A DNA stretch of 64,000 nt from Octopus vulgaris. Lineage: Eukaryota. Position 1 is the stretch's first letter. Every line of letters starts with the position of its first letter. Where the stretch lies: NCBI GenBank assembly GCA_951406725.2, contig OX597814.1:101804001-101868000 (forward strand), in the 5' to 3' direction. Position numbers and translations under genes: made by a program. Below, piece after piece: positions 12,201 through 25,069 of the stretch. The notes beneath the pieces are model-generated. The model searched no databases, was not told the DNA's origin, and saw only the letters and a program-made list of their open reading frames with translations.

Positions 12201-12846
12201 ATGGTAGGTTTGTTTAGGAATTCGTAGTAATTTGTGTATATTTGCGATGTCTGTTGTTTTATTGCATTGTTTCATTCATAATTTTTAAGTAGTGTTCGTT
12301 TTACCAAGTGAATATAATTTTTAATTCCATTTATTCCATTTCTCCGTTCATAATTTTGAGTGATGTCCGTTTTCTAGAGCGTGAATGTGGGTTGTATGTG
12401 TGTGTGTGTGGGAGTATGAATAAGTATTGTGTTGAAGTATTTAGCTATTTTATTTATTTATAGTTGCCTAGACGTTTTTATGTGTATGTATAGGGATATA
12501 TATATAGGTGTGTGATTTAGTGTATGTAGTTAGATATGGTTATATATAATTAGGTATATGTGTATGGGTGTATATATAGTTTATTATTATATTATTATTA
12601 TTTTTTTGTTTTGTTTTATATTTTATATTTTATATTTTTTATTTTATATTTTATATTTTATATTTTATATTTTATATTTAATTGTTGATAGGTTTATTTT
12701 AGTTTATATATTGTTTATATATTGATTATATATGGATTATATATAGGTTATATATGGATTATATATTTATATTTTTTCATTCATACTTTAATTATTTTAA
12801 AATTATTATTTATATATTTTAAAATATTGATATTTTAGATTGAAGT

Positions 12847-12889
12847 CCACCTGAAGATTGTCGATCAAGACAAGAAACGATTGTAGTGG
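12847..12889 (+). ncRNA. Minimal type I hammerhead ribozyme at the Naiad 3' end
   Basis: CCAC-CTGAAGA-TTGTC/GATCAA/GACAA-GAAAC-GATT-GTA-GTGG. Perfect stem I (4 bp) and stem II (5 bp), short near-palindromic stem III, GUA cleavage triplet. Confidence 0.85.
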
Positions 12890-14369
12890 CGGTTTTTTTG
12901 ACTATTTATTAAAATTTTATGTATTGATTAAGTCTTTCCTTGTTTGTTTTGCAAAATAGTGGTTTTGTCTCTAATAATATTTTATATATATATATATATA
13001 TATAATAGAATTAAATAGAGCATATAAATCATATATTCAACAAGAAATTTTCAACTGATACCTCTTTATCTGATTATGCTTTCACTTACAATACTAACTA
13101 ACACACCATCAACTTACCAAATAATAACACAATGCAAATAGTTATATAAGCACACATACAAGCAAAAGTGTACCAGTACACACACACACACACACATAGA
13201 ACTGAACACAAAGACACACACACACATAGAACTGAGCACAAAGACACACACACACAACAGGCATCTTTCAGTTTCTGACTATCACACAAAGACACACACA
13301 TATACAGACACATGCAAAAGCACACATGCCTACATACATACATATTATACAGAACAAAGAAAAATATTTTTTCGGCTTGTTTTATTTTCATAATGACCTT
13401 CTGTAAATTCAAAATAAATTATACCCTTACAATTACACAACTTATCATAATTGCACTTTTACTTTCACTCACTTTAAGTTTTATTTAATTTCTTTCAATT
13501 AACCATTCAGTCTCCCTTCTCTAACCTTTAACATGGTTTACTAGAAATCTTACTTTCCCAACCCAAAATTTCCTTTATATAGAATTTTAACCAGAATGGT
13601 AAAACTTTGTCAGCATTCTCACAAACCACAAGGTAAATATCAAAAGGGAAATAAGGGGTTCTGGCACTGCCATTTTGGTGTCGCTAATTCAATGCTGGCT
13701 TATTTGATATCAGATGTTTTAATATTTTTCAAGTTTTCTCCTTTCCTCTCTCTCTCTCTCATTCTCTCCCCTCTCTCTTTCTCTCCCCTCTCACTTCCTC
13801 TTCCCCTCCCCTCTCACTCTGTATGTGTGTGAGCATATTTCTCTTTATGTACATAAGGAGAGGAAAAGTGTTTACGTCACTCAGGTTCAATTAATAAATT
13901 ATAATCTCTCTCTCTCATGCTTCCCTCTCTCTCATTCTCCTTCTCCTTCTCTCTTTCATTCTACATGTGTATATTTGAGCTTATATACATGTGTATGTGT
14001 GTATATATGCGTATGTGTGTGTGTGTGCATGCTTGTGTGTGTACATGTGTATGTGTATGCATGCTTGCATGCATGCGTGTGTGTGCATGTGTTTGTGTGC
14101 ATGCATGTATATTTCTATAACTCTGTATGTGTGCATGTGTGTGAGTGTGTGTCCCTCTGGTGCTAAAAAGTACTGTCACCAAAAGAGGGTCAGTGTCCAG
14201 TCAGCATCCAAACGGCTGCCCCTAGTAATCTCAATCAACATCAAGACTGCTGCTTTTAATCGAGCATCCAGAGCTGAATGATAATCTTTGCAGCAACACA
14301 ATGCCTGTTCAGGTTTTCTATGAGAATCTTCTGGCAACTCCGTAACAGATTCCATTCATGTGAAAGAGA

Positions 14370-14570
14370 TTCATCATCATCATCATTATCGTTTAATATC
14401 TGCCTTCCATGGGTTGGACGATTTGACTGAGGGCTGGCGAACTTGATGGCTGCACCAGGCTCCAATCTTGATCTGGCAGAGTTTCTACAACTGGATGCCC
14501 TTCCTAACACCAACCACTCCGCGACTGTAGTGAGTGCTTTTACATGCCACCGGCACGGGGGCCAGTCAAC
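14370..14570 (-). mobile_element. Family C repeat (SINE or LINE tail ending in (GAT)n)
   Basis: Shared motif CCAACCCATG..GGAAGGCAGATATTAAACGATGATG. Copies at ~29200, 29450, 35560, 46268, 55640, 59140 and 59755. Confidence 0.75.
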
Positions 14571-14574
14571 TAAC

Positions 14575-15161
14575 TGGTCTTTTCCAAAGGACTTTTGGGC
14601 CAGGGCCTATCGATATCTTCCAGAAATCCCTGGCCTTACAGTGCTATCAAGGAGCTCTGCCGGTTTGAGACAAACTCTACAGGCACAGAAGTACTGTCAG
14701 ACGGACCTGTCTGAAGTGTGTGCAGGGCAATGAAACCATCCTGCATGCACTCGTCCAGTGTACATGCATTACTGACTTGTGGAATTTTGTCGAGAGGGAA
14801 GTACTGCCTCCCAGTAATGTAGTAGAAAGGTAGGTGATTGTTGCAAAAATGACTCGTGTGAATGGGCCTACTCTGAATATTCGTCTGTAAGCCAGAGCAG
14901 TTGAAGGGAAGAGGGGTGCCTCCCTGGTGTGCTCTTGGCAGTCTGGGTGACCAGGATATGTGGGTGCCCTAGTTGGCCTTGATTGGAACTCCACTATCAG
15001 GGAATTTTGTCGTTAGATCTTTTGTTAAATGCGTTTGTTTTCTTATTGCTTTTGTTTCCTTTCTGTTTTAAACCCCACTTGTCTCTAGTTTTGTATTGTC
15101 TCGTTTTGTATTGTATGTTTTTGTGTTTGGCCCTTGTGACCAATAAAGAAAGGATTATTAC

Positions 15162-15192
<31 letters not shown>

Positions 15193-15195
15193 TAT
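14575..15195 (+). mobile_element. Tx1/L1-clade LINE 3' fragment
   Basis: Translates to ALPV*DKLYRH...TCLKCVQGNETILHALVQC...LWNFVE (C-terminal CCHC zinc knuckle). It is followed by a 3' UTR, AATAAA and an (ATT)n tail. Confidence 0.7.
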
Positions 15196-15614
15196 TTTAC
15201 TGCAAGAAAATATCATTTTTAAAATATAAATCATCTTCATCATCATTGTCATTTTCATCATATATATGGAATTATCAACAATGAAATATTCTATTAATAA
15301 TTATTATTGTTATTACTTTTATTTATTCATTTATTTATTTATATATTTGCTAAGTAGCTTATTTTGTTATTTTCCTTAGCTACTCAAAAAATTGGTTGCA
15401 TCTGCAAAAATATTGAAAATTATCTTTAATCATTCAAAATTCCAACATATTATGTTAATGTGTTTCATCTACTGTTTATATGCTAAATTTCCAATGCAAT
15501 ATAATAACTTCACAAAAGCTGGTGGTGGAGTGGTTTGTTTCTTCATAGTTTTTCTTTTAAATATCTCAAATATTTATATTTACTGTAACTGCACATTTGT
15601 CTTGGTCGTCAAGT

Positions 15615-15675
<61 letters not shown>

Positions 15676-15935
15676 TTATTTATTTATTCATTTATTTATT
15701 TATACACATACACACAGTTAGATATACACATATACGTGTCCTCCTCCTCATCATCATCATCGTTTAAGCGGACGTTAAACGATGATGATGAGGCGGACAC
15801 CTATATGCGTGTATCTGTCTCTTAGTGTATGTGTATAAATAAATAAATATATATATATAATTACATATATTTACATATATGTATGTATATATACATGCAT
15901 GTGTGTGCATGTGTGCATGCATATATATGTATGTG

Positions 15936-15972
<37 letters not shown>

Positions 15973-16009
15973 GTACGTATGTATATATGTATATATGTAT
16001 GTATGTATG

Positions 16010-16043
<34 letters not shown>

Positions 16044-16274
16044 TGTATGTATGTATCAGCAATACTTATTTAGATACTCATACTCATATATCATAAATAT
16101 CAAAACTATGAGTTTTTAATATACACTATACATATATATTTTTTTAATATGTAAGCATGTGACAAGCACAATGATATATAGTTTCCATAAATACAAGAGA
16201 TAGATATTTACAGCAAATAATACATTAAAGCATATACATAGACACACAACCATAGACACATGTTTGTATGTATG

Positions 16275-16308
<34 letters not shown>

Positions 16309-16974
16309 TGTATGTATGTATGTATGTATGTATGTATGTATGATAGAGCAGTGCATGCCATCAAAGTGACACTGGAGTAAAATATACGAAGTCCAATATA
16401 CCTATCATGACTACCTGTCTGATAAGGGTACACCAAGCACATGCATCACAACCATATGTGCGCGACATGGTGATTTCATATCATGATTAACAGTACATGA
16501 CCTTGCAGGTGGGGCCCAGTTAGAATTTTCTTCAGGTTAAGTAGCCCATCCTGCTCAAATGGTCCTTGAATAAGGATTGTTTAAGGATGTTGAACAAAAC
16601 ACCCATGTTTCTAAAGGTGAATTATCCAAACCCCCCAAAATTCCTCTCAACACATGGCTATGATGCTCCCCCATTACTTCTGCTTGTGATCAGAGATGCA
16701 AATATCGTCAGCCATTAAGGTACATGCTCAACTGGTTTAGGTCAAACAACTGATAAGCAAATCTGTGGTATTGAGCAGAATATTTGCTGTAGCCCATCTT
16801 TTATACCAAGACAAAACAATGTACATGATAACACTTCCAATCAGAAGCCGTGAGAGCCATTGCCTGATACTGCATATGTATGTATCTATGTATGTATGTA
16901 TGTTTTCTTTCTCTTTTAAATTTAGAATACATTTTGACTACCCACCTGCCTGGTAGCAAAGTTGTGAAATAATG

Positions 16975-17202
16975 TGTTCATCATCCTTTCAATTTGAAGA
17001 AGTTCTAGCAGATTTTTATAGTCCCAAGTATCAAGACTATTTGTAGTGTATGAATTAAGGTTCTGCGTTCTCTCTCCAAGAAACTTACTTTGCTTCAGAC
17101 GGGTTGTTATGTATCCTGTTGCTCCAATAATAATAGGTATGAAGCTGAATGTGTATCTTGGGTACTGGATTCACTAACTCCATATCAAAGGTCCATAAAT
17201 GT
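16975..17202 (-). pseudogene. R4/Dong-like (RLE-type) non-LTR retrotransposon C-terminal fragment
   Basis: Minus strand reads IYGPL...YPRYTFSFIPIIIGATGYITTRLK.../LIHTLQIVLILGTIKIC*NFFKL, resembling the post-RLE C-terminus (IPIIIGALG...LGTVKI). Confidence 0.6.
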
Positions 17203-17408
17203 CCTCTTTCTCTTTTATTTTTCTATGTATGAATGTCATTATCATCATTATCATTTAACATTTGCATTGTCGAAGCTGGTATACATTGGGTGTTTTCTGA
17301 GGCTGTGTTTTACAACTTGATGTGATGGTCATAAACTGTTATATTTGATTATGGTTCTGCTAGAGCTGAACAACATCAACACCAAACAACAAATCACACA
17401 CACGTACA

Positions 17409-17508
<100 letters not shown>

Positions 17509-17559
17509 CAAAATGCATGCAGTCCAAAGAAGTAGCATAAAGCCAAATAGCAGAAGAAA

Positions 17560-18112
17560 GCATTGAAACTGAGGAAGTAAAGGAGTTCATCTACTGAGAG
17601 CACACAGTGAATATGTGCCAAGACATGGATGTGGAAATCTCAATGAGAATAAGGGCAAGATGGAAGGCATTTGTCTTAATAAATGATGTGCTTAAAGCAA
17701 AGATGAATAAGACCATACAAGCCAAACTCTTCAATATCACTATCCTACCTGCACTCTTTTATGCAAATGAGACGTGAAAAACTGCAAAGAGGGAAGAACA
17801 TCAATTGGCTTCAATGCAAAAAGCTATGGAAAGATCCATGCTAAAAGAGTAATTATGAAAGCATATCCAAAATGAGATAATTCAAGAACAGAGAAGCGTG
17901 AATGATACAGCTACAGAATACTGAAAGTACAATTATTGAGTGGTATCTAAGAGATCAGGAAAAGCATCTATGACAATAAAAGATGATTTAGTTAAGCAGT
18001 ATGGAACAAGATGATAAAGAATAACACAATCCAGAAAGAATATGAAGTGCATTGTGACCAGCGATGTATAACAGCAGCCAATAGTCTGGTCAGTACAGTG
18101 ATACAGTGATAT
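17560..18112 (+). pseudogene. RTE-clade LINE 3' fragment
   Basis: EISMRIRARWKAF...AKLFNITILPALFYANET*...QKAMERSML is a typical RTE post-RT region. It contains stops. Confidence 0.75.
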
Positions 18113-18172
18113 GTATATATACATAACTTGCATTAAATATTTATTATTTTTTTTGCAGTATATCTAAGTATG

Positions 18173-18580
18173 CTCTTTTACTCTTTTACTTGTTTCAGTC
18201 ATTTGACTGCGGCCATGCTGGAGCACCACCTTTTAGTCAAAGAAATCGACCCCAGGACTTATTCTTTGTAAGCCTAGCACTAATTCTATCGGTCTCTTTT
18301 GCCAAAGTTACAGGGACATAAACACACCAGCATTGGTTGTCAAGCAATGTTGGGGGACAAACACAGACACACAAATATATACACACACACATACATATAT
18401 ATATGTGTACATATATATGACGGGCTTCTTTCAGCTTTTGTCTACCAAATCCACTCACAAGGCTTTGGTCAACCTGAGGCTATAGCAGAAGACACTTGCC
18501 CAAGGTGCCACACAGTAGGACTGAACCTAGAACCATGTGGTTGTTAAGCAAGCTACTTACCACACAGCCGCTCCTGCGCC
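18173..18580 (-). mobile_element. Family A SINE
   Basis: Homologous to 4294-4695. Confidence 0.85.
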
Positions 18581-20340
18581 TGTATATATTATTCACATAA
18601 TTTTTGTAAATTCATAGTCACAAACTCATTGCACTAACTACCTGTTGCAACATTGTGTCCTCTCAGTGACTAAAATCTTCATTCCCATGAACTAAAATTG
18701 TACTGCTTAGAATTATGTGCATTTAACAATCATATGACTCCTTGTACCTCACTACTACTGCCACTACTACCACCACCACCAACAATAAATAACACACATG
18801 TACACACACACACACAATGTTGGGGTACAAACACAGACACACCCTGAAAGTATTTTCAGTATCTTTCCAAAGAGTTATTATTTTTTGTTGTTATCTAAAG
18901 TAACTGCTGTCCACTCCTACTTAATACATATATGACCACTCACATTATTAGTAACTGCTAAATATAGCGTTGTTGAGCTAGTAACCGTCTTTAGTCTAAA
19001 AGCAGTTAATGAGGTGATTAGTCACCAAAACATCTAGATACCTCTTATAACTTTTGATAAATATTCCATATTTTCTTTATGTGACAAATTTGGAGTCCAT
19101 TCTTCCTATTCATTAAGGCAGCATGCAGGAAGAATTATTAGTGTGTCAGCTCGGCAGCATCTCTTCGGACTCTTTATATTCTAAATTCAAATCCAACCTA
19201 AGGGCCAATCAAGTACTGGAATTAATATAATCAACCTGTCCCCCACCTCCCCTCAAAACTGTTGGCTTTGTGCCAAAACTTGAAAGCATTTTTCCCATTA
19301 TTAGTTTAATCCACATAGACTTAAAGTTACAGAGCGATTATCTGTTGGGTTATTGTGTTTTTCCAATGAATAAATATCTTGTTTAGATTAACTATGATTG
19401 TATTTTCAAGGTTCTTGTGCAGTATCTATTTACTATAAATACATATGGTAGTGGTCTTGGTGACTTCCCATCATTCTACAATGAGAATTCAGTTGTTCAA
19501 TCAAGTTAATTACCAGCTCCTTAATTAACTTAGAAGTGGTTAACATTCCACAGACATGTGTACACTTAATATTATTATTAGGTAGAATCAGCTTCACATA
19601 GCTGTTCCTCTTCAAATGCAGGTATAATCCACCCAACAAGCTTCTACACAGCTTCTGCCTATCCAGTTTCACACATAAGATATAGCCAAGCCAAGGGTAC
19701 AGAAAATGATATTTTGTCCACTATGCTACACAGCGGGATAAACCAAGGATCATATGGTTGCACCTACATGTGCATTAACATTTGCATGTATGCATGTATG
19801 TACGTATATATGTGTGTATGTATGTATGCATGTATGTATGTATCTACATATACTATGTATGTATGTATGTATGTCTTGCAAATGAATTAAACTGCATCCA
19901 GTGGTGGATCTTCAGTTCAGGAGTTCTGGAGTTACAAGGGGTATAAAGTCACACTTCAATTATTATTATTCCCGGGTCCATTCTGCCAGGCTCCCACCTA
20001 TGGGTTAAACAGATCTCTCAAGAGTAGAAGAGTCTCCCATTACTTTTGACAAAGTCATGGAGAAGGCTGCTCTCCTAGAAGAGAGATACTCAGTTAAAAT
20101 AGTACTAGTCATTTTGCAATGATTGTTAATGGAACCTTTTTTGACAACCAAGGGAGTGGCAAAAGTGTTGTACAAGCTTTTGTCACTTAAATCTAGTGAT
20201 GTACAGATGACTCACTATTTATTTCATTTCTGGGTCAGTTGTGTATTTTATGAAGTTCTATGGTGATGGATGCATGGTGACATATGCAGATTTGTAAGAA
20301 TACCCATGCACAAGCAAGGATCCTTCCTCAAAGTCCAACC

Positions 20341-21202
20341 CTTGACTTCATCATGGTGGGAAGGTTAAACAAGTGGGTGTCAGAGCTATGCTGTTGGGGA
20401 CTTTGAGTCTCTGGTAGGGCCGCCCAAGGCAAACAGGTCTGACACTGGTGGTGCTAGGGCTACAACCCAGCTAACTGGAGGGTAATGTTGAATTTCAAGT
20501 GGTATCTGTTCCAGAATCTGGCGGCTTACTGGTGGTATTAGTTTGTGTCTGTAGGTATCCTGCACAGTGAAAAGGCACAACATGAGGATAACCTGCCACC
20601 AGTTGTGTACAATGGTCTATAAATACAGACAAAAACTAATTTCATGGACTCTAATCATCCCTTGAAACTCCTATGAACTCACAATGCAGTGAACTCAGTA
20701 GGAGCCAGCTCAACCCCTATCAGGTGAATGCCATTGCAATAACAGCAACATACAAGGATCAGAGTAAATCAGAACAATCAGGTTGAATACAAGATGGCTA
20801 TCATCTTACAAGATAAATGAAAATCAGACTGAAAGGGAATATGAATTTTGTGGGAATTTTATTATTTGTATATTTTGTGGCAAAATCTGCCTGTCCAAGG
20901 CTGAACTTAAATCTTACATAAGAGCACACAACAGGGCACTTCCTATTGATTTATAGAACACACGTATTAGTTTGCCCTTATCAGTGTCACATATAATACA
21001 GGGTCTGCAAATCTCATGAATGTTTGAAGAAACACTTCAAGGTCCACTGATCAGACATCACAGGCAGTTCTAACTACACCAAAACATACATACGGAACTA
21101 ATGTGCACTTTGCATGGAGGTCTCTTTAAAAGTATATCTGGTTTAAAAAGCCACATAAGATCTTATACAAGCACTAAGCTTTGTATTGTGCAGACAACCG
21201 TC

Positions 21203-21203
<1 letters not shown>
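20341..21203 (+). mobile_element. Internally deleted RTE-like element: 5' UTR motif joined to C-terminal C2H2 fingers
   Basis: GAGCTATGCTG...GGTAGGGCCGCCCAAGGCAAACAGGTC resembles the RTE 5' UTR motif. Downstream are ICIFCGKICLSKAELKSYIRAH and two more decayed C2H2-like repeats, then a (TATG)n tail. Confidence 0.55.
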
Positions 21204-21233
<30 letters not shown>

Positions 21234-21736
21234 TCTATCTATCTATCTATGTCATTATTTAGCTCTATGTCATCGTTTCATGCCAATAGAGAAAGAGACA
21301 ATTTCTAACCTAGATTCAAGGCTCCTTCATTGGAATTCTAAAATCAACAGGGTATTTTTGCATGTGTGTGTGCATATGTGCAGTATTTGGAAACAGTGCA
21401 TGTACAGATTTGTATGCTATGTGTTGTGTATGTATTCTCATGCATATAGTTGCACGTCTAGACATGCGCATATAAACTTAAATGATGTCAGGAAATTTTA
21501 CAACTTTTTACAGTTCCAGTGATAGCTTGGATCTGTAGTCTTCAAATCATGTATGTGTGTGTATATGTATGTATGTATGTATGTAGTATACATGTATGTA
21601 TGAATGAATGTATGTATGAATGAATGAATGAATGTATGTATGCATGAATGAATGTATGTATGCATGAATTCATGTATGTATGCATGAATGCAAGTATGCA
21701 TGCATATATTAATTATTTTATTATTGTAGTTATCTT

Positions 21737-21834
21737 TAACCTGATGAGTGGCTATATTTATATTGAAGTGATTTTACTACTACTATTTTTACTATAATCA
21801 TTTCTTAAATATAGCCACGAAACAAGTGTCGTTA
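21737..21834 (+). ncRNA. Type I hammerhead ribozyme with extended stem II
   Basis: TAAC-CTGATGA-GTGGCTATATTTA...TAAATATAGCCAC-GAAAC-AAGT-GTC-GTTA. Perfect core, 13-bp perfect stem II base with further pairing, GUC triplet (cut after 21830). Confidence 0.85.
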
Positions 21835-21990
21835 TTCTACTAAATATATACATTTTATTTAATATTTTGCACATTACTTAATCATCATTATATGTTTTAT
21901 CTTACATTTAATCTTTCTATAATATATAATTTTCTAGATGGTATAATTTAATTTTTCATTAGTGAATTCATGAAAGGTGTTTTTTTTCTA

Positions 21991-22037
<47 letters not shown>

Positions 22038-22089
22038 TATAGATATATATATATATACATATATATGTATGCATACACACACATATACT

Positions 22090-22475
22090 TTATTACTTGT
22101 TTCAGTCATTTGACTGTAGCCATGCTGGAGCACGCCTTTAGTTGAGCAAATCGACCCCAGAACTGTAAGCCTAGTACTTATTCTCTCGGTCTGTTTTGCC
22201 GAACTGCTAAGTTACGGGTCCATAAACACACCAGCATCGGTTGTCAATCTATGTTGGGGGGACAAACAGAGACACACGAACATACATACACATATATATA
22301 TATATACATATATACGGGCTTCTTTCAGTTTCCGTCAACCAAATCCACTCACAAGGCTTTGGTCGGCCTGAAGTTATAGTAGAAGACATTTGCCCAAGGC
22401 GCCACACAGTGGGACTGAACCCCAGAACCATGTGGTTGTTAAGCAAGCTACTTACCATACAGCCATTCCTACGCC
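22090..22475 (-). mobile_element. Family A SINE
   Basis: Homologous to 4294-4695. Confidence 0.8.
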
Positions 22476-25069
22476 TATATATATATATATATAATATATA
22501 TATGCAACATATACATATACACATAATACACATACACACACGTATATGGATGGATGGATCACTCGATAAATTACTTCTAAGTGTGACCAATGACTAGAAT
22601 GTTTTATTGAGGAAGTCTAATAAGACTGAAACATGTCATTTTCTTTCACACGTTGGCTTTAAGGCAAAGGTCCTCTCTTGTTGGCATAGTCTTTATTGTC
22701 CCAAGTTTTCAAGTAGCAGATTTTATTGTAGCTATTTTATATACATGTTGTTTTTAAGATTTGAAGCAGCACTAGAGGAAACTTTACATGAGATAACTGC
22801 TATTAACTGAATTTTTTCAACTCATTATTTTACATATGTGAGAAACTCCCATATGTTTAATAACAAATCATATATTGTATCAGCAATAGATAAGTTTATC
22901 AGCTACTTTAGTATTCAGTAAATCATAAGAAAAAGGGGTTCACAATATCTATTTCTTTAGTAGAAACTTCTGTTATTGTATCTTTTTAGTGAAGAGAGAC
23001 AGTCGTGTCAGTCAGTGGCATATGGTGGTTGTTGTCAGGCTTGGTCCCAGGAATATCTTTAAGGGAGGGCACAAGGTAAGAAGGGAATACAATTCCAGGA
23101 GAAGAGGGCAAATATTTAGAAGGGTGCACTTTTTTTCTTTACTTGAGGGAGGGGCACATGCCCCCCCCCCCCATCCATCTCAGGTTGTATAGAGTTTGCT
23201 GCCACACCCAGTACCGCCAAATTTCAACAGGGGTATAACAAAAGTTTTCCATTAAGCTTTGTTATTAAATTAACGAATAATGTTAATATTTATAATGACT
23301 TTGCCATTTCCAATGGGTGTGCAGTGTACACCAAGAATATGCACCCCTGGTGTAATGACCCTTTAGAGAACATTCAAGACTGAATAGAGGGAGAGAGGAA
23401 GATATTCCCAAACTAGAAAACTGGCCTGAGTCCTTGCAACAGAGTGAATTCCTCTGCTAAAAGTACCCAACGTGCCAAGGTACTAAGTGAGATCCTCTAC
23501 TAAAGGTACCACTAAACTCCGCCTAAGATTGCTATAAGCAACAACACAGTTGTTTTTTCTTAGCCTGGATTGAGTAGACCTAAAATCAAAGGCATCTATC
23601 CATGATCATTTTATTTTTTCAAACAGCTCATTTGGATTCATATTATCCAGTAGGTGATTCTTCTTCATTTAAGGCTATAAGGTGTGTGGCTTGACAGAGA
23701 TTTGGCAGCTATTTCTAGCGGGCAGTGGCAGCTCATGTATAAGCACTGCAGAACTGCAGCACTCCCTGTTTCCACTCAATATTATCGATAACATTCAATA
23801 TAATGAGTCCTTTTTTCTTTAATTCTTTCTTTATACTTGTACAGTATATAAATCCTTAAGCTTCATGTCAGTAGCCATTCCTTAGTTTATGAAAAAGATA
23901 CAAAAATCTTGGTATAGAACTGTGCATTTCACAGTTCCAGTGACGCACTGTCTGGCTGTTGTGTGCATGCTCACATGTCCGAGATAGGAAGCTTCATGTT
24001 AGGGAGAAAGAGCACTATCATTCTCACTGTGCAGGTGAAAGGTAGTGTTTGACTCTGCGTGTGTTGTACTTAAAAAGGTGTTTATATTCTTGAATGTGAT
24101 AAAGTGTAGAATTAGATTATCCCCCTTCAGTGTTGCTGCCAGGATTTGAAAAATAGGCCAGAATTTCCCCCCTTATTTTGTGATTTAGGAGGGGATTTTT
24201 GAAAAACAAGGGGGAATTCGAGGCAGTGTTCAGTGAACAAATTAAACACACTACCCTGCAGTGGCTAAAACGCAAACCGATCAAGTTTATGTATAAATAT
24301 TCTTTTTATATGTTTGTTTCCTTTTACACGATACAAAAAATAACAGCTAAAAATTCTCTGAAGCAGCAACCCCTACTAATTCTATCTACAAGCCGCCACT
24401 GCTAGAGGGTAAAGCGATACTGAAGTTCAGCACAATGTTTCCATACCAGAGTTCAGTGCGATCTCACATTCGCTGATATCTATAATCTCTTTGTCCACCG
24501 TTTTCCGCTTAAGAAACATTTGCTTCGGATTTTAGACAGTGTAATGTGAATTCACATATTCATACTTAATTAGCAACCACCCACACCTAGAAGTCTCGAC
24601 AAAGTTACAAAACAGGTTATCTTAATTCTTAAAGTAAAATACAAATTAAGATACAAGGTGAGAATAAACAAAGAGACACGAATTAAAACAAAAATAAATC
24701 GTGTAACCAAACAAAGTCAGAACAGACAGATTATATTATTAGTCCCAATTTATATTTCACATACAAGATTAAGTTTCTGAGCCTCCACATGGTTGTTTGA
24801 CCTGCTAGAAATAACAGCGGAATCTCCCTTATATCACATTCTGTCGTCTTCGGGACGGAAAAACACATTTAAAATTGTCCGACAGACCTCTTAAAAAGAC
24901 GAGTTAATCATCGTTTAAATACTTTCGATCCAAGACCTACTCAGAGACAATCTGGGGTTATAAAATAACGACAATGCTATTTTGTTGACTACAAAACAAA
25001 AAATATAATATTAAAACAACCAGAAATGTCACATTCGTTGTCACTTCAACCTACATAAACTTTAAAGTC

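Larger units (their letters stand above)
7612..12983 (+). mobile_element. 5'-truncated Naiad-type Penelope-like retroelement
   Basis: RT + GIY-YIG ORF, then a long repeat-built 3' region, a terminal hammerhead and a (TA)n junction. Assigning the whole 3' region to the element is inference. Confidence 0.75.

Noticed and set aside
7624-12983. Selenoprotein-type Naiad (UGA-Sec recoding with SECIS)
   Set aside because: The ORF has no in-frame TGA and ends in TAG, and I could not see an AUGA/AA/GA SECIS fold downstream.
24392-24413. CTCF-like site CTGCTAGAGGGTAA
   Set aside because: Only a partial match to the consensus; expected by chance in 64 kb.
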